Of a stretch of 64,000 bases of DNA, positions 31,622 through 46,171 are shown in pieces. Each line of letters starts with the position of its first letter. The first letter of the stretch is position 1. A program made the position numbers and the translations under genes. Under the pieces are notes generated by a model. The model did no database searches and was not told the origin of the DNA. It saw only the letters and a program-made list of their open reading frames with translations. The stretch is from the human T2T-CHM13v2.0 reference genome, Homo sapiens, in the NCBI RefSeq assembly GCF_009914755.1, contig NC_060929.1; one strand, 5' to 3'.

Positions 31622-31858
31622 ATGGCGAGTGAGCCTCCCCCAGGCTCGCTGCCGCCTTGCAGTTTGATCTCAGACTGCTGTGCTAGCAATCAGCGAGATT
31701 CCGTGGGCGTAGGACCCTCCGAGCCAGGTGCGGGATATAATCTCGTGGTGCGCCGTTTTTTAAGCCCCTGGGAAACGCACAGTATTCGGGTGGGAGTGAC
31801 CCGATTTTCCAGGTGCCGTCCCGATTTTCCAGGTGCCGTCCGTCTCCCCTTTCTTTGA
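31622..31858 (+). CDS. ORF0: L1 antisense ORF0, open, 78 aa variant
   Basis: MASEPPPGSLPPCSLISDCCASNQRDSVGVGPSEPGAGYNLVVRRFLS matches primate L1 ORF0; good Kozak context gcaATGg. Expression unknown. Confidence 0.8.
   Translation: MASEPPPGSLPPCSLISDCCASNQRDSVGVGPSEPGAGYNLVVRRFLSPWETHSIRVGVTRFSRCRPDFPGAVRLPFL
31801..31840. repeat. Perfect 20 bp tandem duplication in the L1 5'UTR/ORF0
   Basis: ccgattttccaggtgccgtc x2. Confidence 0.98.
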
Positions 31859-32824
31859 TTAGGAAAGGGAACTGCCTGACCCCTTGCGCTTCCCGAGTGA
31901 GGCAATGCCTCACCCTGCTTCGGCTCGCACACAGTGCACGCACCCACTGACCTGCGCCCACTGTCTGGCACTCCCTAGTGAGATGAACCCAGTACCTCAG
32001 ATGGAAATGCAGAAATCACCCGTCTTCTGCGTCGCTCAGGCTGGGAGCTGTTGACTGGAGCTGTTCCTATTCGGCCATCTTCAAGAGTTTCTAATAATGC
32101 ATTTGCATTCAAGATTTGTTCATTACATTTTAAGGTAGGGATATATTTACCTCTTGGAACTTGTAGTCAGCAAGTATACAATTTTATATTTGGTCATTTA
32201 TAGATTCTGGGCATAATTTATAAAGGAAAGTGAGAAAAATAAATGATATGAAATTATAAACTACTCCCCTGGGATGGAAAAGCATAATAGAACCAAACCA
32301 AACAAAACAATAAAACCATAGGACAATATACCATATGTTTCTCCACAATGTTAGGTCTTTGGACTATTAAATATTCTATAGTAAAAATATGCTAAAACTC
32401 ACCAAGTTAGTAAATGACAAGTCTTTTTTCTTGTTAATCTCTTTCCTCCTTCCCCTACATAGAAATGAAATCTCAAGGACATCAATGAAAAGCAATTCTA
32501 AGTAAAAAAAAAAAAGGAACCACTTTATCTTCCTCAGAAAAGCTATCACATAATTCTCTGCTTGAGCAAAAACTTTATTTTTAGTGTAGAATTGAGTTCA
32601 GAAGTTGTTAAATATAACTTTTGTAAAATTTGAGGCTTTTCATTTTTTATTTACTCTTTAGAAACTCATTCTTTTTAGAATCAAGATGAGAAGAAGCAAT
32701 TTAAATATTTAACTTGGGTCTCAGAAATCATAGTATTCCACAAGATAAAGAGTTTTAAATTTTTGTGCTTTTTTCAGGCACACATGTTTGAGAGTCTAGG
32801 AACTGATAGAACATATTTAATCTA

Positions 32825-34262
32825 CAGCAGCAATTTTCTAGGTACCTACCATGTGCCAAGTATTATGTTGGATTGGGGGAACATTCTAGTAAACAAGAGT
32901 TCCCTATTTCCGGGGAGACAATGAAACCAGGAGTCACCTTAAAGCCCAATCGTGTTACAATGGGGGAAGCCCAGAGCACAAAGGAATGCAATCAGGGCAG
33001 GCCTGCATGGTCAAGGGGTCAGAGAAGGAGTCCCTAATAAATAGATATTTAAGTTGAGACCTGACCATGGGTGAAGGACACGGGCAGGGGAAGGTTGTAC
33101 TGGGTAGAGGACGTGGCAAAGGCCTGCAGGTGAGAGACAGCATTGGTGCCCTTGAGTCAAATGAAGGCCATCAGCAAGTGCAGGCCCTGGAGGAAGAGTG
33201 TTGAAAATGAGGAAGGAGGGGCCAGATCTCGAGGTCTTGAGAACCAGGAGGTTTGTTCATCTACAAGGTGATGGTGGGGTATTCAAGAGTTAAAAAAACA
33301 TAATTCTGTTTCTAAATGCCACTCTGACTACAAACACTGGAGGGGTAACACAGGAGGCAGGAGACAAGCCAGAGAGCTGGATCCACAGTCCAAGAAAAAG
33401 ATAATCAAGGCTCTACTAGAAGTTGAATAGAAGAAAAATTGAATATATACAAGAGATATTCTAGAAGCAAAGCTAAATATATTTGGTGACTGTTCAAATG
33501 TTGGTGATGAAGGAGGAGACCAGTGCACCCCACATAGCTGTGCTGGTTGCACACCGAGCACCCCAGGAGTGCCACCGTCATCATATCTACATGGAAGTCT
33601 CGTGAAGAAGTTGTACAGTGTGGCAGAACCCAAGATCCCAGTGATGAAAGGCTGTGTCTAGGCCTCTATGTTGGGCAAATGGAAAGATGTTGGTGAAAGT
33701 TCAGAAGAGAATTAAGATTCTTAGTGGGGGTGGGGATGGAGGTAGCAGTGACAAAGGGAAATGATGAAGTGAGTGCTAAACACTTTGAGTTTAAAGACGC
33801 ATAAGAGAGGAGGAACAGTATGTTTGGCGCTAAGGATTTTGGTCTACATGGGAATTGGATATTAGAGAAATCTTTGCACTCATGAGCTCACCAATTGATC
33901 TTGAAGAGTTGCCTAAGATTAGACAAGGAGAACATGTAGGTTCAGAAGGAGAAAGACCACTACCAAAACATCAAAAAACACCATGTTCATTGAGGAAGAG
34001 ATTCAAAGGGGACTGATGACAAGATGGAGAAGGCAGATGGGAAACCAGAAAAGTGTGGTGCCACGGGATCCAGGAAGGAGGTGAGGTTGCCAAAGGGAAA
34101 AGGTCCACTGGGTTTAATGACACATGGTCACAGGTGGCCTCGATTAGAAGGATTCTGGGAGAAGGTGCAGAAGCCAGACTGTAATGAATTGAAAATGGAG
34201 GAGAAACTGCAGAAATGGAAGCAGATGGTGCAGACAGTTCTTTTGTGCAGTTTGGTTGTGAT
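32825..34262 (-). mobile_element. Degenerate L2 element
   Basis: 3' end gtacctaccatgtgccaag...gtaaacaag and body motifs gcagaagccagactgtaatgaattga. Confidence 0.62.
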
Positions 34263-34876
34263 TATCAGGATAAACCATTAGAAAATGAATCAGGATAATG
34301 GGAGGTATTAAGGATACAAAAGGAATAGTGTATGTTTTTCAGAGTATGAACAATAGCCTCTAGAATATAGTGGAGGTAGTTGCTTTCCTATAGGATGAGG
34401 CACACATTTTTCATTACAATAGGAGGGTGGGGCATCCCACATATTTTCAATATATTTTTCACTTGAGTTAGCTCAGAACTCAAAAAGATGTAAACTTATA
34501 TATCCTGATACTCAGAGAACAAATTTTTCAAGAACCATCTTGAAAATTCATATGTTCTCCAATACAATTACTATTTCATCACTTTTTGGAGAAATTATCT
34601 TTCTCTTTTCAATTTACCTGTTCAGTGGCTTATACAATTTTAATGCTAATGGTATAGAAATTCAAATAGTTTCATGGATGTGGAAGAAAATGAACATCAA
34701 TCTTTGCCCAAATAAGCTATGAGAATCTGTGAAGCACAAGTTGGAAGTAATAGCTGGATTCTTAAAAGAGGAGCCCTCTGTTAAATATCTGCATTCTGGC
34801 TCCCTACAGTCCAGTTGAAAATGTTCACAGGTACATAGGAAATCCTGGTTTGCTTCCAACTTTACATCTGGCACCT

Positions 34877-36058
34877 TGTATTAGTCCATTCTTGCATTGC
34901 TATAAAGAAATACCTGAGACTGTGTAATTTATAAGAAAAAAGGTTTAATTGACTCACAATTCCTCAGGCTGTACAGGAACTATGGCAGCATCTGCTACTG
35001 GGGAGGCCTCAGGGAGAATTTACTCATTATGGAAGGCAAAGTGGGAGCAGGCATCTTACATGGCTGAAGCAGATGGGAGAGACAGAGGGAATAGGGGTGC
35101 TACACACTTTTAAACAACCAAATCTTGTGAGAACTCTTATCTCTATACAGTCCCAAAGGAGATTGCTAAACCATTCATGAGAACTCCACCTCCATAATCC
35201 CATCACCTCCCACTAGGCCCCAGCTCCAACACTGGAGATTACAATTCAATTCAACATAAGATTTGGGTGAGGACATAGATCCAAACCATATTATTCCAGC
35301 GCTGGCCCCTTCAAATCTCATGTTCTTCTCATAACGTAAAATACAGTCATCCTTTCCCAACAGTGCTCAAAGTCTTAACTCATTCCAGTACTAACTCAAA
35401 ATCCAAAGTCTCTTTTGATACAAGGCTAGTCTCTTTCACCTTTGAGCTTACAAAATAAGAAACAAGTTAGTTACTTCCAAGAAACAATGAAGGTATAGGC
35501 ATTGGGTAAATACTCCTGTTCCCAAAGGGATAAATTGGCCAAAAGAAAGGGGCTAGAGACCCCATGCAAGTCTTCAACCCAACAGGGCAGTCAATAGATC
35601 TTAAAGCTCCAAAATAATCTCCTTTGACTCCATGTCTCACATCCAGCGCACACTGGTGAGAAGGTTGGGCCCCCAAGGTCTTGGGCATCTCCACTTTTGT
35701 GGCTTTGCATGGTTCAGTGGCTGCTCTTGTGAACTGGCATTGAGTGCCTGAGACATTTCCAGCTGCAGGGTGCAAGCTGCTGGGGACTCCCTCTATGGCC
35801 TGTCATTAGCATTTGGCGTGCAGAGAATTACAAGAAAAACAGTTATTCCCTTCACAGAGCTTCAAGCCCAAGAGGGAAAAGTTGATGTTAAATAATTGAA
35901 CAAATCTACCATTCTGGGGTCTGGAGGATGGTGGCCCTCTTCTCACAGCTCCACGAGGCATTGCCCCAATGGGGACTTTCTGTGGGGGCCCTAACCCCAT
36001 GTTTTCCCTCTGTACTGCTCTAGTGGAGGTTCTCTATGAGGCACCTCTACCATGCAGC
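34877..36058 (-). mobile_element. MSTA/B LTR (34877-35293) with contiguous truncated MST internal region
   Basis: LTR tgtattagtccattcttgcattgc...ccaaaccatatta, then internal sequence (aaagtcttaactcattccag, acaagttagttacttccaag); no second LTR seen. Confidence 0.9.
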
Positions 36059-36965
36059 CTGTTGTGTAGTATGCCATCTTCCTTCTCAGGGAGCTCACCA
36101 GTATCTTGGGTCATTACCCAATCTCAGGATAGAATCTGAGCAAAGTTTCGGGTTCTACTCTTGAAGGTCCATGCACTGGGATCATACTGGGCTCTGTTGA
36201 GAAGAAACTCTCCAGACACCATGAAAATATGTCTAGTGTATCCCCTGGGCTCAGCAGTGGGCACTTACTCCTAAGGCTGGGAGGAAACAAGGTCTGCCTT
36301 TGCTGAGCATGATGTCTTCTCTGAGTTGTCATTTCCTGACTAAATGACTGGTCCTAGGTCCCCAGGGACCATTCTCTTATCATATCTTCTATTTCACTCC
36401 TCCCTGTCCCCAGCCAGCCTGAGTTCCAGTTTAACATGCTGTTTTCTCCCGTATTTTGAATCTGTCCCGGGATCCTTTCCATGTCCCTCAGAGGATAAGA
36501 TATTAAATACCAGAATTCCAGAAAAGATTCTTTTTTCACTTCATTTTTTGTGGCCCACTTCTCATGTATACGATGAGCTTGGAACAAGGGCAAAAAGAAA
36601 GGGAAAATTGAGAGGGAATAATGAAGAATAAAACAAAATGTCCCACCCCAATAGCAAGATCTCTGATTCCTTAGACCAGCAGGGAGAGTATGAGCTTGGC
36701 AACCACCCCACCCTTTGTCCGGGAGCCTGCCCAGTCATGAAGCCCCTGTAAAGCACAGAGTTGCCCAGAGAGGAAGGAGGAGGATCTGTTCCCAGCACTG
36801 GTTGTGTTGAAAGTGCACAATCTGGGGCTGGGGAATGGCCAATGGGACAAGGTCTCTGCAACCCTGGCCTCTGCTCTTCCTGAGGGTGGTTGATACCTGT
36901 GGCTTTCCAGAGAGCAAAAGAAGGGGTGATCTTCATGAGGCCACAGATTCTGCTTCAGACTCTTG

Positions 36966-37239
<274 letters not shown>

Positions 37240-37332
37240 TCAGCTTTTGATTCTTGAATGAATATCTTGGCTTAAAAACAAGCAGAATAACTGCTAATGT
37301 CTTCCTTTGGCATCACAAATATGCCCCGTTAG

Positions 37333-37675
<343 letters not shown>

Positions 37676-40568
37676 TAAATTTTTGATTCCATAAAAACTT
37701 TTGGATTTTGTATTTAGCTCTAAAAGCACATCCCAGCTGACAACAATTAATTGAAGTTCATCTCACCTTCTCTATTTACTTGCGCCATAATCTTTAAATA
37801 CCATGAGCTTTGAATGAAAAATCCTCATCACATTACTCCAACCTAAGACTATTCATTAAACTATTTTAAAGGTTCTTTATAGCTCAATGAACCCTTCAAA
37901 CAAGTGTAATTTTTAGTGTAAATATGATTTTGTGGGAAATAAACTGAAAAGCATTATGCTACTATTAATAACCACTGCTGACTCTTCCTAAGGTAATTTA
38001 CTATATCTCATGTTGAATCTGTGTACAATCCTTATAATATTAATGTACTGAGACTGATACAATTTATTCTTGTATACACTAAACATACTATTTTGGATCT
38101 TCACCCAGAAAAAAATACTGTTCTCTTTTTTTATTTGAATGGGTTTTCAACTTAAGTAGGATGCCATCTTAATTTGATTAAGCAAGTGTGTAAATATACC
38201 TTTGCAGACTCCTCTCACATCTATACATTTAATTTTCCTAAGTCTGAATTTAAAATTGAGTTAAAGGGGAACTGGAGACAAAGCAGTGCATCCTGGAGAA
38301 CTTCTTCCTTGCTTACTTACGTTTAAAATGATCAGTTAGAATCTGTTTCTTTATGGAAATAAGAAAATACCTATCAATGAGGTCAAGAGTATATTACATG
38401 TGGTTTTCCTGAACAGTACAAGGTAAACTCTGGTGTATAAGGGTGCTTGTTGTTCTTTGAACTGACAGAATTTTGTTGAAAATGAAAAGTATTTGTAACA
38501 CTTAAAAGAAAAGCTTCACAGCATGGCAGTTCCATCAAAACTTTACAACTGGGATCTACTGATGTCAATGTTATAATTTTTTTTCTATAGGATATTAGAA
38601 AGAAGGGTAAACATGAGTGATACTTAAAAGTCAAACAATTTTTCTGTTGGAAATAAAAAGTTTAATGTGTAAGAGTGTTGTAAAAATAATACTGGGAGTT
38701 TTGTGTGTTTATCTCCTTGATAAATAATTCAGGGAAAGAGAGTTTGCAGGGAAAGGTGGTTTAAGAAAGCTCTACTAGATGTTTTATGGAGACAGTGTTT
38801 GCAAAACTTTTGAAAATAGTTATTTGAAATAGCCAGTTATTGCTTAGTTGAAGTAACAATAAATTTTTATATTAGAACACAGGACTCACTATCCAACTTG
38901 TTTTATCTGCCACAGTTTCTAAGGCAGGATTCCATATAGTTAAATCCTGCTATGATATAGACTTTCTTTTTCAAGCCATTTCTTTCCTTTTGAGGGTTTT
39001 GCAAGAGTTCTCTTTCTCTCTCTCTCATACTGATACCTTCTTTATTTACAACTAAGTCGCTATACGAAAGCAACCCAGGGAATATGGGGTCCTCTGTGTG
39101 GTTCATTTTCAATGTCTCTGTGTTGGGGCATTGCCTGATGGCCATGAGCTGTGCCCATCTACACTTGGCATCTTAGTCACCTACATCTCCATCTGTCACA
39201 CTGACCTCCTGGCATCCTTCTGCTCTGCAATCAAGTTGCAAAGGCCTATGCTTCTCTAGTATAGGTTCAAACATTTCTCTTGAGATGCAAAATTTATTGG
39301 GCCAGTGTTATACCTTCATCAGCGTTTTAAGAAGTGCTGAGAATCTGGCCTGGGAGAGTCAGGAAGTAAGGTCATGAAAGATAGTGAGAGAGTATAAAGG
39401 TCACTTTGGGGGAGATGTCATTATGGTCAGAGAATTCCGAACGTGAGAGAAGAAAAATAAATGGCCTCAGATGAAAGTAGGTGGCATCAGAGAGTGGGGT
39501 GGCTTGATGTCAGTGTTTCAAGGACAGCTTCATTAATGATCCTGACATTGTGAGTGGAGGCCTGCTGGGAGGGCTGGCGGGGAGCAATATTGTACCTACG
39601 AGGTTAAAACACCAGCAGTTCGGGGTCCACCCACTTTTCACATAGAAGCTGTGGCCACCAAGAGTGGCAACCATGTCATGTGGAGTGGACGTGACCAGGC
39701 AAATGACAGAAGCACCCAGATGTGGGTGCCAAAGGCTGGAGAAGGTTAAGGAGGCCCCAGAGGACTCAGGCATCCCCACAGCTGGGGAAACAATGTCAGC
39801 CATGGTAGGGTGGGAGGGGAGGAGAGCTTTGTTTTGTTTTTTGGCTGACCTATTGTTAGAAAGTGAAATGACAAAAATAACTACTCTAAATAGTGAAAAG
39901 AATGTACAGGAAAAAAATGAGGGAAACAAAACGCAGGACAATAAATTGCAGTCTTGGAAATAAACTAGTTACAGTAGCTAGTTACTCTGGGGAAGACTTA
40001 TCCCCACTTCAGAGTGAGAGACCATTTTCTTATCAAAGACATTTACATCATTTCCGCTTCTAGAAGAGGTCCCACATTTCTTCCTTATGTCTTCAATTCT
40101 TGGCTTTTCTTTATCTTTTTTCATCACTTCTAGATGATCTCATGGTCAGGGATGCTGATAAGACAGACTATTAATTCTCCCAGGATGAAATTTAAAGTGA
40201 CTTCATGAGAAAACCCAGAGAACTTCTCTCCAACTCTCATCTGTGATTAATGACTCTGAATTTGGTGATTAGGATGAAGATCCTGATATGAGCCATTTTG
40301 CTTGTTCAGGGCTATTGACATGAAATATGAAAAACTAAGCTTTAATCTCATTTCCACAAGCCTCATGGGCTTGTTATTCCTTCAATTTTTATCTGTTTCT
40401 ACATTTTAAGCAGGAAACTGTGGGGGAGTTGTGTAATCTCAGCTTTGGGAGGGAAAAGCTATCTTTGTTGAAAATTGCCATATTATTTATCCTAAGATAT
40501 TGTTCTTCTTACTACAATATTAAATATTATTTATATATCTAAAAGTAGAATTAAAAATGGCCTAGCAT

Positions 40569-40659
40569 CAACATGGCACATGTATACATATGTAACAAAC
40601 CTGCACGTTGTGCACATGTACCATAAAACTTAAAGTATAATAATAATAAAATTAAAAAG
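40569..40659 (+). mobile_element. 91 bp L1PA4-like 3' tip with perfect 15 bp TSD
   Basis: caacatggcacatgtatacatatgtaacaaacctgcacgttg...; TSD aaaatggcctagcat at 40554-40568 and 40660-40674. Confidence 0.95.
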
Positions 40660-40692
40660 AAAATGGCCTAGCATTCCCAAAAATACCTCTAG

Positions 40693-41113
<421 letters not shown>

Positions 41114-42513
41114 TAAAAATATGCATTTTATAAATCTTGATACTGGACAGTAAAATAGATTAAAATATGCATAAAGAAACAGGCAGCAGAATCCTAAACA
41201 CTTAGAGTAGTAATGCACATGTGAATTGCATTCTTTCTCTGGATCACCCTTATCCAGTTATAATTGGGTGCATCCAGCTCTTTTATCCAGAAAAGATGCA
41301 GAGAGGACAATAGGATTAAATGGGTCAAAACCAACCACATCTCTACCCCTCTACAAGAGGAAAGTGGAAACTGTTTATTGGCTGGTTTGTTTTTAAATAT
41401 TTACTGATGACAAATATCTTTGATGAGAGACACGACTTGGAATAAATTACACCATTTATAACAAACTGCTTCTATCCTAACCAAAATCACTTTTAAAATG
41501 TGATTTTTGTTCTTAACCAAATGCATATTGAAAATACAAATATTCTCAGGAAGGGAACTCTTGTATCCAGAGTGCCAGCTTTTCCTATATGTAGGAAAAT
41601 CACTTTTAAAATGTAAAATAAAGTCTTTGTTTCTCTAAGATTTGACAACATATGGAGACCAAATTAATTTAAAGAGGCTCATGTGCTTTGTTATCTATTC
41701 ACTGGCATGTATGAAAAAATGATGTATTGCTTATTGCTGACAGCTATAGTTAGCAGTGGATGCATTTAAGTTACATAAATAACTTTTAAAGTGCTTGCTT
41801 ATTGAAGAGAAAATATATTGAGTATTTTGTGGGTCTGTTTTAATTAGGAATACTTTCAAAATTAAGTAGAGTGCTCAAAGAATAAACCTATATTGTGTAA
41901 TTCAATTAACTGAGTTCTTTAACAATATTAGTATTCCGAGAGTTGTTGAAAATATTTTAGAATAATGTATATATTGCCTATATGTAGACAATGGTTTTAT
42001 TTTGCCAACATTGCAATTGTGATTTATATAATTAAATTTATCTAAAATTGTTGGCTTTCTTTAGAGCCTTAAAGCATGTCTCATTAACCTAAGTTTTAGT
42101 AACACTTGTACAGGGTAAACATATTGAGTAATTGATAGACAAATAAAATTAAGAACTTTATCTCTTCTATAGGAAATTCTAGTTACAATAGAAGCTATTA
42201 CACTTATTATTCTAAATGGGAAACAGATGAAAAATATGAGTACTACTGGCTATTTAAATTATTGAATTTTAGCTATATTTTCCTCACATATAGATTCTAG
42301 CTTTCCCTGATGGCTTTTCGTTACATCTGTGTGCAATTCCCTGTGACTTAATATAAACCATAGCACTGGTAATGAATTTCAGTATCTCAATATTCTCTCA
42401 GATAAAATTAACATTTCCCCAGATGCAGGCATTTGTCAAAATTCAGCAAATATACACTTAAGATTTGCACATTTCATTGAATGTAAACTTTACACAAAGC
42501 TGTAAATAAATAC

Positions 42514-42752
42514 CAGTCATCCCTCGGTATCTGCGGAAATTGGTTTTAGGATCCTTGCTTACACCAAAATTCACACATACTTAAAGGGACCCTGTGGGAC
42601 CTGCATATAGGAAAAGCTGGCACTCTGTATACAAGAGTTCCCTTCCTGAGAATATTTGTATTTTCAATACGCATTTGGTTAAAAACAAAAAAAAAAACTC
42701 ACCCGTAAGTGGACCCACTCAGTTCAAACCCATGTAGTTCAAGGGTTAAGTG
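42514..42752. mobile_element. MER8-like TcMar-Tigger MITE inside an old L1M 3' fragment (~42430-42985)
   Basis: cagtcatccctcggtatctgcgg...gtggacccactcagttcaaacccatgtagttcaaggg. Confidence 0.75.
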
Positions 42753-43377
42753 CATTGAAAACTAGCTAATGACATGCATGCAGAAATATTTAGGAAGATG
42801 CATATTGATGTCTGTAATTTACTTTGAAATGCATAAAACACTGTTTGATAGATGGATCAAGGGATAGACACATGTATAGAAGTGCAGTTCAAAGTTAATG
42901 GCAGAAACTTAGGCTGAAAGGGGATTCAATGAAAAATGATCTCAGCTTTGCTGAATATTTGAAAATTTTTAAAATAAAATGTAAAGCACAAGGGAAAGTA
43001 ATGTCTCTAATGCCTGTGCCATGTCAGTACCCTGGTTGTACCTGACATCCCCACATACATAAAATAACACTGGTTGTTGTATTAATCACTATTCTAAAGA
43101 GTATAACATATCCAGGGCTCATTAAAGCTTCATATAAATTATCATCATTACTGCTCCTGGGACAATGCAAGCCTCTTAGAAGGTTTTACCTTCACTTACG
43201 CCCACTTGCCTTTCTGCTATTGCTGTCATGTCTTTCAGTTCGTGTTTACTTTCAACCCCTCAAGATGTTCTGATTCGTGTTTAATGCAATCACATTCATT
43301 CAATTCTGTTAATGTTCTCCATTCTTTACTTTTCATTAAAATTTTTGTGTTGTTCTTAAGCAACCCAATTAATATTT

Positions 43378-43488
43378 GTTTTTTTAAATTATACTTTAAG
43401 TTTTAGGGTACATGTGCACAACGTGCAGGTTAGTTACATATGTATATATGTACCATGTTGGTGTGCTGCACCCAGTAACTCATCATTA
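43378..43488 (-). mobile_element. ~110 bp L1PA3/4-like 3' tip
   Basis: ttatactttaagttttagggtacatgtgcacaacgtgcaggttagttac...gcacccagtaactcatcatt. Confidence 0.92.
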
Positions 43489-43603
43489 ATGTAGAATAAC
43501 TGATGTTGAATTCTTATAGTTTTTGTTTGTCTGAAAATATCGCTTTTTCACCTTCATATTTGAAAGATATTTTCACCAGATGCAGAATTTCACTCCGGAG
43601 TCA

Positions 43604-44178
43604 TCTTTTTTCTTTAACTTTCATTTTAGGTTCAGGGGTACATATGCAGGTTTGCTATATAGGTAAATTGTGTGCCATGGGGGTTTGGTGTTCAGATTAT
43701 TTTATCACTCAGGTAATAAGTGTAGTACCTAATAGGTAGGCTTTTCAATACTCACCAGCCGCCGTCAAGTAGGCGCTGGCGTCTGTTTCTCCCTTTTTTG
43801 TGTCCATATGTATTCAATGTTCAGTTTCCCATTATAACTGAGAACATGCAGTATTTGGTTTTCTATTTCTGCATTAGTTTCCTTAGGATAATGGCCTCCA
43901 GCTCCATCCATGTTGCAGCAAAGACATGACCTCATTCTTTTTTATGGCTGGGTGGTATTCCATAGTGTATATGTACCATGTTTTCTTTATCCAGTGTACT
44001 GTTGATGGGCATTTAGGTTGATTCCATGTGTTTTGTATTGTGAATAGTGCTGTGATGAACATACACACGTACGTGTCTTTATGGTGGAATGATTTATATT
44101 CCTTTGGGTATATATCCAATAATGGGATTGCTGGGTCGAATGGTAGTTCTGCTTTGAGTTCTTTGAGAAATCGCCAAG
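43604..44178 (-). mobile_element. L1PA15/16-like 3' end
   Basis: Minus ORF WRFLKELKAELPFDPAIPLLDIYPKEYKSF; 3'UTR ttttaggttcaggggtacatatgcagg. Confidence 0.9.
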
Positions 44179-45775
44179 CAGAAGTCATTATCTTTTAATA
44201 GTTTAGAGATACTTTTATTGTTTCTAGCTTCCAATGTTTCTGATGTGGTATTAACTGTCTTTCTTTTTGTTCTTGCGAATGTGTCACTGTTTCCTTTAGC
44301 TTCTTTTAAGACTTTTTTTTTTCTATTTATGCTGATTATCTACAGTTTTACTATACTAGACCTAGAGGTGTTTTTCTTGTATTTATTCTGCCTGGATTTT
44401 GTAGAATTTCTTGAATATATATGTCTTGAAGTTTTTTCTCAGTTTGGGAAAATCTTTGTCCTTTAATATTTTAAATTTGCTCCTGTCTTCTATTTTGGAA
44501 CTTCAAGTATGCATTTGCAGAATGTTTTCACCATGTCTTATATGTGTCTTATACTTTATTTTATTTTTCAGCTTTTGCTTTCTGATTTCAGTCTGTATTT
44601 TTTAAATTGAACTATCTTCTTATTACTTTTTTTTTCCAGTAGCTAGGTCTAATGTGCTGTTAAACCTTTATGTTTAAGTGAATTCTTTGAGCTACAGTAT
44701 TCTTCAGCTGTAGAATTTTTACTTGATTCTTTTTTTTAAAGGTTTCAGTTCCCTTGTGAAAACTGTATTCTGTCTCCATTTCTTGAGCATTTTAATCACA
44801 GCTCTTTTAATTCAATGCCACTTTCTCATCTCTTATTTAGTTTGATTTTCACTCATTTGTTCATGTCTTGTGTATCTCGTAATGATTAAATGACTAAAAT
44901 TACATACAAAAATTATAGAGATCATCTGGTTTCTTAGTGGTGTCATTTTACTTACAGAGAAGATGCTCTTTTGCCTTTAATAGGCATTAAGGTCATTTAC
45001 ATGCAACTTTCATATTATACTTTCAGTCCTTTTTAACATCAGTAAATTTTATTTTGCCTGTCTCCTAGGCTATTACCATTCAAGGAATCCAACTCAAGGT
45101 CTGGATTCCTGAACTATAGTTTTTATGTTGAAGTGATTACTGCTTACTTCTCAGTCTCATCAGTCAGTGCTTAGAGTAGGAAGTAACTTCTATGATACAA
45201 TCAGGGATTGGGCTGACTTAAAGAAAAGGTTTGGTATTTCTGAGGGTGAACTGATCTCTAATTTGCTCTCGTGCCTTGGATGTACCTTCTTATGAAACCC
45301 AGGTAAAAGCTTGGAGGTATTGACGAGGACCCCTCCACTTTGGCAGATCTTGATTGTTAGTTTTTCTCTCCCTTGTCCTGTGAGACCCTGAAAGATCTTA
45401 CCAGCTTCCCAGTTCTCAATCTCCACTTGCAAATCAGCAAATGTTCTAAAAAAGAAAAGTGGCATTGACACTGTGTTCAGCCTCTGTACTGTCACCGCTC
45501 CAGGATTTTCTAGCTGTTTTGGTGAGAGGTTTGTTTAGTCTTCTATAGGTTGGTGATCTACCATCATTGGGAGTGAATAAAAACTCCTTTATTTTCTTTT
45601 GTTTCTTTTATGTTTGTGTAACACATTTACAATGTACTTGTCTAGTGGATGAGAAGAGTGATTTTCAATTGATAGCTAATAATCTGAATCTTATTTATTG
45701 AAGTGTATATATAATTTAGTTACTGATTTATGTATAGTGATACACAAAATACTATATACATATCCAAAAATTTCT

Positions 45776-46078
45776 ATTTTGTTTTTTTTTTTTTTTTTGG
45801 AGACAGAGTCTTCCTCTATCACCCAGGCTGGATTACAGTGGTGCGATATTGGCTCGCTGCAACCTCCGCCTCCCGGGTTCAAGCAATTCTCCTGCTTCAG
45901 CCTCCTGAGTAGCTAGGATTACAGGCATATGCCACCACACCTGGCTAATTTTTGTATTTTTAGTAGAGATGGGGTTTCACCATGTTGGCCAGGCTGGTCT
46001 CGAACTCCTGACTTCGTGATCCATCCGCCTCAGCTTCCAAAGTGCTGGGATTACAGGCATGAACCACCGTGCCTGACC
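45776..46078 (-). mobile_element. AluS (Sg-like)
   Basis: Full antisense dimer with ctgacttcgtgatcc; TSD begins tctatt. Confidence 0.9.
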
Positions 46079-46171
46079 TCTATTGTTTACGAAACATGAG
46101 TTCACTTCTTTAAGCTGCATTTTCTGATATTACCATTTTTGTCTACTTCTGTTACAAAGCTAAATATTTTC

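Larger units (their letters stand above)
43130..45560 (-). mobile_element. Old degenerate L1M/L1ME 5' portion hosting younger L1 inserts
   Basis: T-rich antisense L1 motifs: tttgtttgtctgaaaatatc, tttcaccttcatatttgaaagatattttc, tctcagtttgggaaaatc. Confidence 0.55.

Noticed and set aside
33520-33630. Possible MER81-like DNA transposon within L2
   Set aside because: Resemblance is too weak to support by eye.
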